Shown here piece after piece: positions 45,160 to 56,379 of a stretch of 64,000 nucleotides of DNA (position 1 is its first letter; each line of letters starts with the position of its first letter). Source of the stretch: the human T2T-CHM13v2.0 reference genome, Homo sapiens; the NCBI RefSeq assembly GCF_009914755.1, contig NC_060933.1. One strand, 5' to 3'. The notes beneath the pieces are model-generated. The model searched no databases. It was not told the origin of the DNA and was given only the letters and a program-made list of their open reading frames with translations. Both the position numbers and the translations under genes were made by a program.

Positions 45160-45524
45160 TGTATTAGTCAGTTTCCACGCTGCTAATAAAGTCATACCTG
45201 AGACTGGGAAATTTACAAAAGAAAGAGGTCTATTGGACTTACGATTCCACATGGCTGGGGAGGCCTCACAATCATGGTGGAAGGCAAGGAGAAGCAAGTC
45301 ACATCTTACGTGGATGGCAGCAGGCAAAGAGAGAGCTTGCGCAGTGAACTCCCGCTTTTAAAACCATCAGATCTCGTAAGACCCGATCACTATCACGTAG
45401 AACAGCACGGAAAAGACCCGCCCCCAAGATTCAGACATCTCCCACCAGGTCCCTCCCACAACACGTGGGAATTATGGGAACTACAATATGAGATTTGGGT
45501 GGGACACAGAGCCAAATCATATTA
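45160..45524 (-). mobile_element. THE1 (MaLR) solo LTR, THE1A-like
   Basis: tgtattagtcagtttccacgctgctaataaag...gagccaaatcatatta. 5-bp TSD GTCCA at 45155-45159 and 45525-45529. Confidence 0.93.
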
Positions 45525-46042
45525 GTCCATCAAGAGGTGAATGAATAAACAAATAATGGTATATTTAAACAATGGAAAACTACTCAGCAAAGTAAAAGAA
45601 CAAACGGTGGCTTTTCTCAACAGCCTGGATGAATCTGAACTCAGAAACTTTCATACTGTATGATTCTATTTACACAAAGCCCTAAAGAAGGCAGAGTTAC
45701 TCTCTGTTGATAGAACTCCGAATGCTTACCTACAGAGGAGATGAGTTCATATTGACTGGAGGCAGTATAAGTGAATTTTCTGGGGTAATGGAAAGGTTCA
45801 ATATCTTAATCAGTAAGTCAGTTACACAGGAAATATGCATATGCAAAATTCATTGCACTCTACACTTAATAATATGTACATGTCACTGTATAAATGTTCT
45901 TCAAAATATTAAAAATAGATGTTTAATAAAGGTGTCTGAATAATGACAGCTGGGATTTCTAAGAAAAGCAGAAACCTTGATACAACTGCTGTACTTAGAC
46001 TTGGTTATTTTGGAAATTTCCAACACACAATGTGGTATAGTG

Positions 46043-46345
46043 CAGGAATCACAAATTCGAAAACTGCAGTAGCCAATAAGCTAATATAAATCAGTGAAAT
46101 GGCCTGGATACATGACAGGAAGGAGTGGCAGGGCCTCTGGTGAACTGCAGAGGAATGCCACATCTTGTAAAAGCCGTCAGATATTGCTCCAGTGATTTTT
46201 GCTTCCTGGAGAAGCTGACCCGAAATAGCCAGATTTCCTGGTTTTTAAAAATAAATCAGAAATTTATATATGCATGTAAAATACTTGATATTTATATTTT
46301 AACAATTAATTTTTCTACTGTAAATGCTGAGCCAGCCAAGTAGTG
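46043..46345 (+). mobile_element. hAT-Charlie MITE (MER102-like)
   Basis: caggaatcacaaattcgaaaa..atataaatcagtgaa..agaagctgacccgaaatagccagatttcctggtttt..gaaatttata. Family name from recall. Confidence 0.55.
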
Positions 46346-46692
46346 TTATATAATTTTAAGATAACTTAAAGTGACACTGGTTTCCTTAGCCCTACCTAGA
46401 CTGCAGCTATCTCACTGTGCATTGCTTTCCAAGAGCAAGGGGTACGTGGGGAAATAATCATCAATCAGAAACTAAATGGCAGGGCACATTGTCAGGCACG
46501 TTTCCTTAACCCAGTTAATCCTAGGCCCTTTCTGGTTGGGAGGGAGGGAGAATATCAGTACAAAAACAATGCCTGGATCTCATTTCCAACTTTTATTATT
46601 CAACATTTTTTCTTCATCTTGCTAATTGTTCCTGCCACCTCCCCATGTCAGGCCAAGAAGGCACTGGTTTCCATTGAAATCTCCAGCCATGT

Positions 46693-46720
46693 TTTCTCTC
46701 TCTCTCTCTCTCTCTCTCAT

Positions 46721-46762
<42 letters not shown>
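46693..46762. repeat. Compound (CT)n(CA)n microsatellite
   Basis: Visible. Confidence 0.95.
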
Positions 46763-46764
<2 letters not shown>

Positions 46765-46950
46765 CTGAGGCCAGTCTGAAATCCTTGAACCGGGCCTCAC
46801 TAAAGAATGTGAAGAAAAAAGCATATACGGAAGGACAATCTCGTGCTTGAGATTCAGTTAACTGAATCTATTCCATTATCTTTGGCTTATGATGTCCTAC
46901 AGACCACTGCATCTTTGACTAGATCTTACACTCTCTCCCCAGGTGAAAAG

Positions 46951-47084
46951 TAGGATGACCTGATATCCAGGTTTTCTTGGGATAGTCCTAGTGTATGCCA
47001 GATTTCTTGGCATAATTATTAATGGCTTCACCTTTCACTCTCATAATTGCCCTAGTTTGAAAGAAAAATTTTATGGTCACCCTA
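46951..47084 (-). mobile_element. MER94-like hAT-Blackjack MITE
   Basis: TIRs taggatgacc.../...ggtcacccta; internal cataattattaatgg..cctttcactctca. Confidence 0.7.
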
Positions 47085-49322
47085 GTCAAAGGTATCCTTT
47101 TGCTTAAAGCATGGAATTACTATCAAATCGAGACTGGAAGCCTGTAACTAAGAGTGAAGCAAAATCTTTTCTCTACTGTCCAAGGCTCATCTTTTAAGTC
47201 CCACTTTACTATCCAAAAAATTTTCAGAAAACAATTCCACTTCGTTTCCGAAATGATTTAAAAATTCATAATAAAGTAGTGTCGAAAGTCAATGGACATG
47301 TGCTTTTTCAAAGCTAGGCAAAGCTTGAGTGCCCAAATCCTTGATTTTAATATGAATAAAGTATGTACAATCAATACTATAAATAATAAATTTGGGAAGA
47401 AGACTTGATATTGTAAAAGCAAGTTTTCTGACACAAAATGAAATGGAGTTGATAAAATGAAGGAGAAGGGCCGGGGAGATGAAAGCATTGTGGTGTTTTT
47501 GAGAAAAGACATCATGTTCCACTTACAAAGTCACAGTCCTGGGTGAAGTTTGTCTAAGGTTAATCTATGTAAACATTACATAGGTTTAGGGAAATACCAG
47601 ATCAGAAAGTGCCAGTGCCTCATATCTCAGGGGATAGCCACTGGAGAGCTACAGGCCTCAGAGAGAAACTTTGTATATCCACTATTGTAACAGAGCTGTG
47701 GAGTATCAAAGGCTAAGTGAGGGTCCAGGTAGGCTGGTGTGGGCAAACTTCAAAGTCTGAGGCAACCCAGGTAAAGTGCATAGAACATCAGCAAACCTCC
47801 AGGACCCCACAAGAGAGGCTCACATATGGCTGAGAGATGGCTAGTGAACCAGCAACACCTCATGAGTGACTCAAAGAAGAAACAGATGGTCTGACATGAC
47901 CAGAGGCCATGGCTATGGAGTCATCATGGTGGATATCAGTCATAGACAGAGGACAATGAGTAAATGACCAGCCAAGATGAGACATTCCTCTGTGGATACC
48001 AGCAGGGCACAGAGGACAATCATGAGCCAGGTGCCCTCTTTTCTCAACACTGTGAGGCACTAAAGTCCCAGGAGCTTAGCCGCTATGCTGGGGAATAGGA
48101 GTGGGAGTGTAAGAACCCTGATTTTGAGCATCTTTCTCTGAAAAAGTATGCAAAATAAAGTTCACAGTTTGTCTTAAATCAGCAAAACCAAGTTTTCTGC
48201 TTTCAGCCAAAAAGGGGTATGAAATAGATGCTAAATTTCATTTTTTTTCACATCTGAGTCTGTGGCCTGTGAAATTTGTACCCACTACATTTTATTTCCC
48301 GAGATGTTCTAAAGGCTGTTTGCTGTTGCTTTCTGTCTAATAACATAAAAAGCACAAAGATCTTAAAGAAAAGCAGGTTAGCAACTAGATTTCGCTGAAA
48401 AAAAAAGCATTTCAATTCCACAGAACACCTAAAGAAGCCATAAATCTGGGCTATGTGTAGCATTTCAAGTAGCTGACTCATTACCAATAACAATGCTCCC
48501 ACTACCAGGAAATCGAATTTTTGGCATTTTTTTCTAACTCTGCCCCCACCAAAACTTTAACCTGAACTACCAAGAATAACAAAATTGACAGATTTGTGAT
48601 TCAATCCTCCATTTCCCTTTCCTGTTTGTTTGATGGATGTGCAGATTAGCAGTGAAATGGCCCAAGACTAGCAAGAAAATAGGGGAAAAAATCTGGTTGT
48701 AGTCTCATAACAGAACTTTGACACTATACCTTGCCAGCCTCCTCCATCTTTATCTTTGCTTTAAACACACATTTGCACAGGCACACACACATACACACAC
48801 ACATGCCCACCCTCTATAGAAAGAATCTGTCATGCTATCTAACATTTTTAAAACAATTCCACTTCAAAATAGGAATAAATGATTTGTAGTTTTAATTTTA
48901 TTTACATCCATCCACTTGTTGTCTTTTTTTTTTTTCATCTCAGGAAGATTCATCTAAAAAAGAATTGTCTTTGGCCTCCAAAACTCTTTTGACCCTGTGT
49001 CCACACTGTTCTCTTAAAGGCAACATACAGAATCACTTATGAGCCCTTTACCTTCATGCAACAACTTCGCTAACCCTGTATACATCTTCCACCAAATCAG
49101 TCATTTTTTTTCTTTCCAAGCACCCACATCAAGTAATAGCCTCACACCTTTGCCATTGCCCTTTGCATGTCATGGTGGATCCAGGAATGCAAAGGCCTCC
49201 CATGGCTCAATTCTAATCCATTTTCACAGATCAGATGCTCACATAACCAGACCTTGGTCACCATACCCCATGGACACTGCTCCCTACAAGGCCTCCACTA
49301 TTGGACACTCCTTTTCTCTGAC

Positions 49323-49775
49323 TGTCAGGCCTCTGAGCCCAAGCCAAGCCATCGCATCCCCTGTGACTTGCACGTATATGCCCAGATGGCCTGAAGTAAC
49401 TGAAGAATCACAAAAGAAGTGAATATGCCCTGCCCCGCCTTAACTGGTGATATTCCACCACAAAAGAAGTGTAAATGGCCGGTCCTTGCCTTAAGTGATG
49501 ACATTACCTTGTGAAAGTCCTTTTCCTGGCTCATCCTGGCTCAAAAAGCTCCCCCACTGAGCACCTTGTGACCCCCACTCCTGCCTGCCAGAGAACAAAC
49601 CCCCTTTGACTGTAATTTTCCTTTACCTAACCAAATCCTATAAAACGGCCCCACCCCAATTTCCCTTTGCTGACTCTCTTTTCAGACTCAGCCCACCTGC
49701 CCCCAGGTGAAATAAACTGCCATGTTGCTCACACAAAGCATGGTTCGTGGTCTCCTCACACAGACGCACATGAAA
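49323..49775 (+). promoter_or_regulatory. 5' LTR7 (promoter); TATAAAA at 49639-49645; ACAAAAGA at 49410-49417 and 49460-49467
   Basis: tgtcaggcctctgagcccaag...catgaaa, 453 bp, directly followed by the PBS. Confidence 0.95.
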
Positions 49776-50512
49776 TTTGGTGCCGTGACTCGGATCGGGG
49801 GACCTCCCTTGGGAGATCAATCCCCTGTCCTCTTGTTCTTTGCTTCATGAGAAAGATCCACCTACAACCTCAGGTCCTCAGACCGACCAGCCCAAGAAAC
49901 ATCTCACCAATTTCAAATCTGTTAAGTGGCCTCTTTTTACTCTCTTCTCCAGCCTCCCTCACTATCCCTCAATGTCTTTCTCCTTTCAATCTTGGTGCTA
50001 CACTTCAATCTCTCCCTTCTCTTAATTTCAATTCCTTTCATTTTCTGGTAGAGACAAAAGAGACGCGTTTTATCTGTGGACCCAAAACTCCGGCGCCGGT
50101 CACAGACTGGGAAGGCAGCCTTCCCTTCGTGTTTAATCATTGCAGGGAGACCTGTCTGATTATACACCCACGTTTCAAGGGTGTCAGACCACGCAGGGAC
50201 ACCTGCCTTGGTCCTTCACCCTTAGTGGCAAGTCCCGCTTTTCTGGGGAAGGGGCAAGTACCCCAACCCCTTCTGTCCTTGTCTCTACCCCTTCTCTGCT
50301 TTTCCGGGGACAGGGCAAGTACCCCAACCCCTTCTCTCCTTGTCTCTACCCCTTCTCTGCTTTTCTGGGAGAGGGGCAAGTACCCCTCAACCCCTTCTCC
50401 TTCACCCTTAGCAGCAAGTCCCACTTTTCTACGGGGCAAGAACCCCCAATCCCTTATTTCTGTGTCCCAACCTCTTATCTCTGTGCCCCAATCCCTTATT
50501 TCTGTGCCCTGA
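49667..50512 (+). CDS. HERV-H leader (pre-gag) open frame, ESRG-like; translation unproven
   Basis: 281 open codons (TTG start; first in-frame ATG 49847 gives 221 aa). LTLFSDSA..EIWCRDSDRGTSLGRSIPCP..PKTPAPVTDWEGSLP resembles the ESRG predicted protein as I recall it. Confidence 0.3.
   Translation: MLTLFSDSAHLPPGEINCHVAHTKHGSWSPHTDAHEIWCRDSDRGTSLGRSIPCPLVLCFMRKIHLQPQVLRPTSPRNISPISNLLSGLFLLSSPASLTIPQCLSPFNLGATLQSLPSLNFNSFHFLVETKETRFICGPKTPAPVTDWEGSLPFVFNHCRETCLIIHPRFKGVRPRRDTCLGPSPLVASPAFLGKGQVPQPLLSLSLPLLCFSGDRASTPTPSLLVSTPSLLFWERGKYPSTPSPSPLAASPTFLRGKNPQSLISVSQPLISVPQSLISVP
49778..49795 (+). other. Primer binding site complementary to tRNA-His
   Basis: TGGTGCCGTGACTCGGAT is the reverse complement of the tRNA-His 3' 18 nt. 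Confidence 0.95.
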
Positions 50513-50739
50513 CCTCTTATCTGTGCCCCAACCCCTTTTCCCACTTTTCTGGAAAGTAAGAACCCCCGAACCCCTTCCCTCCGTTTCTCTACTCTCTCTT
50601 TTCTCTAGGCTTGCTTCCTTCACTATGGGAACCTTCCACCCTCCATTCCTCCTTCTACTCCCTTGGCCTGTGTTCTCAAAAACTTAAAACCTCTTCAACT
50701 CTCACCTGACCTAAAACCTAAGTGCCTTATTTTCTTCTG

Positions 50740-51781
50740 CAATGCCTCTTGACCCCAATACAAACTCGACAGTAGTTCCAAATAGCCAGAAAATGGCACT
50801 TTGAATTTTTCCATCCTGCAAGATCTAAATAATTCTTGCCATAAAATAGGCAAACGGTCTGAGGTGCCTGATGTCCAGGCATTCTTTTACACATCAGTTC
50901 CTTTGCCCAGTGCAACTCGTCCCAAATCTTCCTTCTTTCCCTCCCGCCTGTCCCCTCAGTCCCAACCCCAAGCGTCGCTAAGTCTTTCTAATCTTCCTTT
51001 TCTACAGACCCATCTGACTTCTCCCCTCCTTGCCAGCCCAAGCTAGGTCCCAATTCTTCCTCAGCCTCCGCTTCTCCACTCTGTAATCTTTTTATCGCCT
51101 CCCCTCCTCACACCTGGTCTGGCTTACAGATTCCTTCTGTGACTAGCCCTCCCCAACCTGCCCAGCAATTTACTCTTAAAAAGGTGGCTGGAGCAAAAGG
51201 CATAGTCAAGGTTAATGCTCCTTTTTCTTTATCCCAAGTCAGATAGCGTTTAGGCTCTTTTTCATCAAATATAAAAACCCAGCCCAGTTCATGGCTTGTT
51301 TGGCAGCAACCCTGAGAGGCTTTACAGCCCTAGACCCTAAAAGGTCAAAAGGCCATCTTATTCTCAATATACATTTTATTACCCAATCTGCTCCCGACAT
51401 TAAATAAAACTCCAAAAATTAAATTCCGGCCCTCAAACCCCACAACAGGATTTAATTAACCTCGCCTTCAAGGTGTACAATAACAGAAAAAAGTTGCAAT
51501 TCTTTGCCTCCACTGTGAGACAAACCCCAGCCACATCTCCAGCACACAAGAACTTCCAAACGCCTGAACTGCAGCAGCCAGGCGTTCCTCCAGAACCTCC
51601 TCCCCCAGGAGCTTGCTACAAGTGCCAGAAATCTGACCACCAGGCCAAGGAATGCCTGCAGCCCAGGATTCCTCCTAAGCCATGTCCCATCTGTGTGACC
51701 CCACTGGAAATTGGACCGTTCAACTCACCTGGCAGCCACTCCCAGAGCCCCTGGAACTCTGGCCCAAGGCTCTCTGACTGA
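50740..51781 (+). pseudogene. gag: HERV-H gag remnant
   Basis: CCHC zinc knuckle CYKCQKSDHQAKEC at 51614-51655; second knuckle (CPIC..) frameshifted. Confidence 0.85.
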
Positions 51782-51847
51782 CTCCTTCTTGGCTTAGCGG
51801 CTGAAGACTGACGCTGCCCAATCGCCTTGGAAGCCCCGTAGACCATC

Positions 51848-52096
51848 ATGGACGCTGAGCTTTGGGTAACTCTCACAGTGGAAGGTAAGTCCGTCCCCTT
51901 CTTAATCAATATGGAGGCTACCCACTCCACATTACCTTCTTTTCAAGGGCCTGTTTCCCTTGCCTCCATAACTGTTGTGGGTATTGACAGCCAGGCTTCT
52001 AAACCTCTTAAAACTCCCCAACTCTGCTGCCAACTTAGACAATACTCTTTTAAGCATTCCTTTTTAATTATCCCCACCTGCCCAGTTCCCTTATGA
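51848..52096 (+). pseudogene. pro: HERV-H protease remnant
   Basis: VTLTVEGKSVPFLINMEATHS: the catalytic D-T-G is replaced by N-M-E. Also CPVPL. Confidence 0.85.
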
Positions 52097-52199
52097 GGCT
52101 GAGACACTTTAACTAAATTGTCTGCTTCCCTGACTATTCCTGGAGTACAGCTATATCTCATTGCCACCCTTCTTCCCAATCCAAAGCCTCCTTTGCATC

Positions 52200-54010
52200 C
52201 TCCTCTTGTATCCCCCCACCTTAACCCACAAGTATAAGATACCTCTACTCCCTCCTTGGTGACCGATCATGCACCCCTTACCATCTCATTAAAACCTAAT
52301 CACCCTTACCCCACTCAACGCCAATATCCCATCCCGCAGCACGCTTTAAAAAGATTAAAGCCTGTTATCACTCGCCTGCTACAGCATGGCCTTTTAAAGC
52401 CTATAAACTCTCCTTACAGTTCCCCCATTTTACCTGTCCTAAAACCAGACAAGCCTTACAAGTTAGTTCAGGATCTGCGCCTTATCAACCAAATTGTTTT
52501 GCCTATCCACCCCGTGGTGCCAAACCCATATACTCTCCTATCCTCAGTACCTGCCTCTACAACCCATTATTCTGTTCTGGATCTCAAACATGCTTTCTTT
52601 ACTATTCCTTTGCACCTTTAATCCCAGCCTCTCTTCGCTTTCACTTGGACTGACCCTGACACCCATCAAGCTCAGCAAATTACCTAGGCTGTACTGCCGC
52701 AAAGCTTCACAGACAGCCCCCATTACTTCAATCAAGCCCAAATTTCTTCCTCATCTGTTACCTATCTCGGCATAATTCTCATAAAAACACACGTGCTCTC
52801 CCTGCCAATCGTGTCCGACTGATCTCTCAAACCCCAGCACCTTCTACAAAACAACAACTCCTTTCCTTCCTAGGCATGGTTAGTGTGGTCAGAATTCTTA
52901 CACAAGAGCCAGGACCATAGCCCGTAGCGTTTCTGTCCAAACAACTTGACCTTACTGTTTTAGCCTAGCCCTCATGTCTGTGTGCAGCGGCTGCCACTGC
53001 TTTAATACTTTTAGAGGCCCTCAAAATCACAAACTATGCTCAACTCACTCTCTACAGTTCTCATAACTTCCAAAATCTATTTTCTTCCTCATACCTGACG
53101 CATATGCTTTCTGCTTCCCGGCTCCTTCAGCTATACTCACTGTTTGTTGAGTCTCCCACAATTACCGTTGTTCCTGGCCCAGACTTCAATCCGGCCTCCC
53201 ACATTATTCCTGATACCGCACCTGACCCCCTGACTATATCTCTCTTATCCACCTGACATTCACCCCATTTCCCCAAATTTCCTTCTTTCCTGTTCCTCAC
53301 CCTGCTCACGCTTGATTTATTGATGGTGGTTCCACCAGGCCTAATCGCCACACACCAGCAAAGGCAGGTTATGCTATAGTACAAGCCACTAGCCCGCCTC
53401 TTAGAACCTCTCATTTCCTTTCCATCGTGGAAATCTATCCTCAAGGAAATAACTTCTCTGTGTTCCATTTGCTATTCTACTACTCCTCAGGGATTATTCA
53501 GGCCCCCTCCCTTCCCTACACATCAAGCTCGAGGATTTGCCCCACCCAGGAATGGCAAATTAGCTTTACTCAACATGCTCTGAGTCAGATAACTAAAATA
53601 CCTCTAAGTCTAGATACTTTCACTGGATAGGTAGAGGCCTTTCCTACAGGGTCTGAGAAGGCCACTGCAGTCATTTCTTCCGTTCTGTCAGACATAATTC
53701 CTCAGTTTAGCCTTCCCACCTCAATACAGTCTGATAACAGATGAGCCTTTATTAGTCAAATCAGCCAAGCAGTTTTTCAGGCTCTTAGTATTCAGTGAAA
53801 CCTTTATATCCCTTACGGTCCTCCGCCTTCAAGAAAAGTAGAATGGACTAAAGGTCTTTTAAAAATACACCTCACCAAGCTCAGCCACCAACCTAAAAAG
53901 GACTGGACAATACTTTTACCACTTGCCCTTCTCAGAATTCAGGCCTGTCTTCGGAATGCTACAGGGTACAGCCCATTTAAGCTCCTGTATAGACGCTCCT
54001 TTTTATTAAG
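52200..54010 (+). pseudogene. pol: HERV-H pol remnant (RT, RNase H and IN fragments with deletions)
   Basis: QYPIP..SPYSSPILPV..LVQDLRLINQ..VLDLKHAFFTIPL; LPQSFTDSP; no YxDD seen; FIDGGS (RNase H) near 53317; DTFTG (IN) near 53613. Confidence 0.9.
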
Positions 54011-54630
54011 CCCCAGTCTCATTCCAGACACCAGACCAACTTAGACTGTGCCCCAAAAAACTTGTCATCCCTACTACCTTCTGTCTAGTCATACTCCTAT
54101 TCACCGTTCTCAACTACTCATACATGCCCTGCTCTTGTTTACACTGCCGGTTTACACTGTTTTTCCAAGCTATCACAGCTGATATCTCCAGGTGCTATCC
54201 CCAAACTGCCACTCTTAACTCTTGAAGTAAATAAATAATCTTTGTTGGCAGGACTATGCTGAATCTTCTTAGGCACTCTCTAATCAGATATCCTGAGTCG
54301 TCCCAATTCTTAGACCTTTTATACCTGTTTTTCTCCTTCTGTTACCATTTAGTTTCTCAATTCATCCAAAACCGTATCCAGGCCATCACCAATCATTCTA
54401 TACAACAAATGTTTCTTCTAACATCCCCACAATATCACCCCTTACCACAAGACCTCCCTTCAGCTTAATCTCTCCCACTCTAGGTTCCCACGCCGCCCCT
54501 AATCCCGCTTGAAGCAGCCCTGAGAAACATCGCTCATTCTCTCTCCATACCACCCCCCAAAAATTTTCGCCACCCCAACACTTCAACACTATTTTGTTTT
54601 ATTTTTCTTATTAATATAAGAAGTCAGGAA

Positions 54631-55081
54631 TGTCAGGCCTCTGAGCCCAAGCCAAGCCATCGCATCCCCTGTGACTTGCACGTATATGCCCAGATGGCCT
54701 GAAGTAACTGAAGAATCACAAAAGAAGTGAATATGCCCTGCCCCGCCTTAACTGGTGATATTCCACCACAAAAGAAGTGTAAATGGCCAGTCCTTGCCTT
54801 AAGTGATGACATTACCTTGTGAAAGTCCTTTTCCTGGCTCATCCTGGCTCAAAAAGCTCCCCCACTGAGCACCTTGTGACCCCCACTCCTGCCTGCCAGA
54901 GAACAAACCCCCTTTGACTGTAATTTTCCTTTACCTAACCAAATCCTATAAAACGGCCCCACCCCAATTTCCCTTTGCTGACTCTTTTCGGACTCAGCCC
55001 GCCTGCACCCAGGTGAAATAAACAGCCATGTTGCTCGCACAAAGCCTGTTTGGTGGTCTCTTCACACGGACGCGCATGAAA
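54631..55081 (+). terminator. 3' LTR7 with AATAAA poly(A) signal at 55017-55022
   Basis: 451-bp direct repeat of the 5' LTR. Confidence 0.95.
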
Positions 55082-55897
55082 CTGACCATAGCTCCTTCCC
55101 TTCTATTTTGCTAATTCCTGCACTTCCAATAAAGGATGCTGTTTTTTGTGATCATCATGACCTCTAGGTCTTTGAACTCTGCCATCTCTCCTAGGGGCCA
55201 TCCTCTGGACTCACTTGACTCTCTGATTGACCTCGAACCAAAGGCCAGTCATTTTTCCAATCCAATCATCACTATAATAAAATAATCCCTTCCTCTTCTG
55301 ATATTCTATTGCCTTACCTTCAAAGACACCCCAATATTTTGCTTCCCCTCAAGATACAGCCTCACTACCTGCTGACAAGCATTTTATGAAATGCACTTCT
55401 ACAAATGGAACTTGATTAACCTGAAGTGAGTTCTCAAAGCTGCCTGAAGATCCCTTTGTCCACTGTTGGATATTTCACATACTCCTTGGGCAGGGATTTT
55501 AAAATTTCTTTATTCTCCTAAACACACACATCCAACCCCATCAGAGACCCCTCAATTTCACCTTACCAAGATTAATTCAATCGAATAGGAGCTTCTTCAA
55601 CATCCCTTTACTTGGTCTCAAAGTATTTCTCTATTATGCTGCTTAATTCCATCCCCTCCTGTTTTTCTCAAGAACTTTTTTCCCTCTCTGTATCTCATTT
55701 TCAACCTCTCTCCCAAAGCTCTTTGACATAGTTTAGTATTATGCTCAATTTTTCCACATCCTAAAACACTTTTCTCCACTCCAGTCAGACTAAGATTATC
55801 GTTTCTTGTCTTGATTTTTACTTTCTCTTTAATTTCACCTTCTTTTTTTAACCCTTTCTTCTCTTTCTCTTTACCTTCTCTTTTTAATTATACACAG

Positions 55898-56359
55898 TGT
55901 GAACCCAGAAAATCTGAGACAGGTCTCAATTAATTTAGAAAGTTTATTTTGCCAAGGTTGAGGATGCACCCATAACACAGCCTCAGGAAGTCCTGGCCAC
56001 ATGTGCCCAAGATGGTCGGGGCACAGCTTGGTTTTGCACATTTTAGGGAGACATGAGACATCAATCAATACATGTAAGACATACATTGGTTGGGTCTGGA
56101 AAGGCAGGACAACTTGAAGCAAAGGCCGGAAGACTGGAAGCCAGAGGGAGCTTCCAGGTCACACATGGGTGAGACACAAACAGTTGCATTCTTTTGAGTC
56201 TCTGATTAGTCTTTCTGAAGGAAGCAATCAGATATGCATCTATCTCAGTGAGCAGAGGCGTGACTTCTGATAGAATGGGAGGCAGGTTTCGCTTTAAGCA
56301 GTTTCCAGCTTGAGTTTTCCTTAGTGATTTTGGGGGGCCCAAGATAGTTTCCTTTCACA
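55898..56359 (-). mobile_element. MER4A-like ERV1 solo LTR
   Basis: tgtgaacccagaaaatctgagacaggtctc...gggggcccaagatagtttcctttcaca; related in reverse complement to the LTR at 16953-17664. Confidence 0.88.
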
Positions 56360-56379
56360 ATAAATTATTGAACAAGTAT

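Larger units (their letters stand above)
49323..55081 (+). mobile_element. HERV-H provirus, deleted ~5.8-kb (RTVL-H2-like) type, with two LTR7
   Basis: Direct LTRs, 5-bp TSD CTGAC (49318-49322; 55082-55086), His-tRNA PBS, gag/pro/pol remnants, and PPT-like aagaagtcaggaa at 54618-54630. Confidence 0.97.

Noticed and set aside
47600-48120. Possible old LTR-like segment
   Set aside because: I could not identify termini, a TSD or a family with confidence.
51473-54010. Replication-competent HERV-H
   Set aside because: The protease catalytic motif is lost, RT lacks YxDD, there are many stops, and no env ORF is present.
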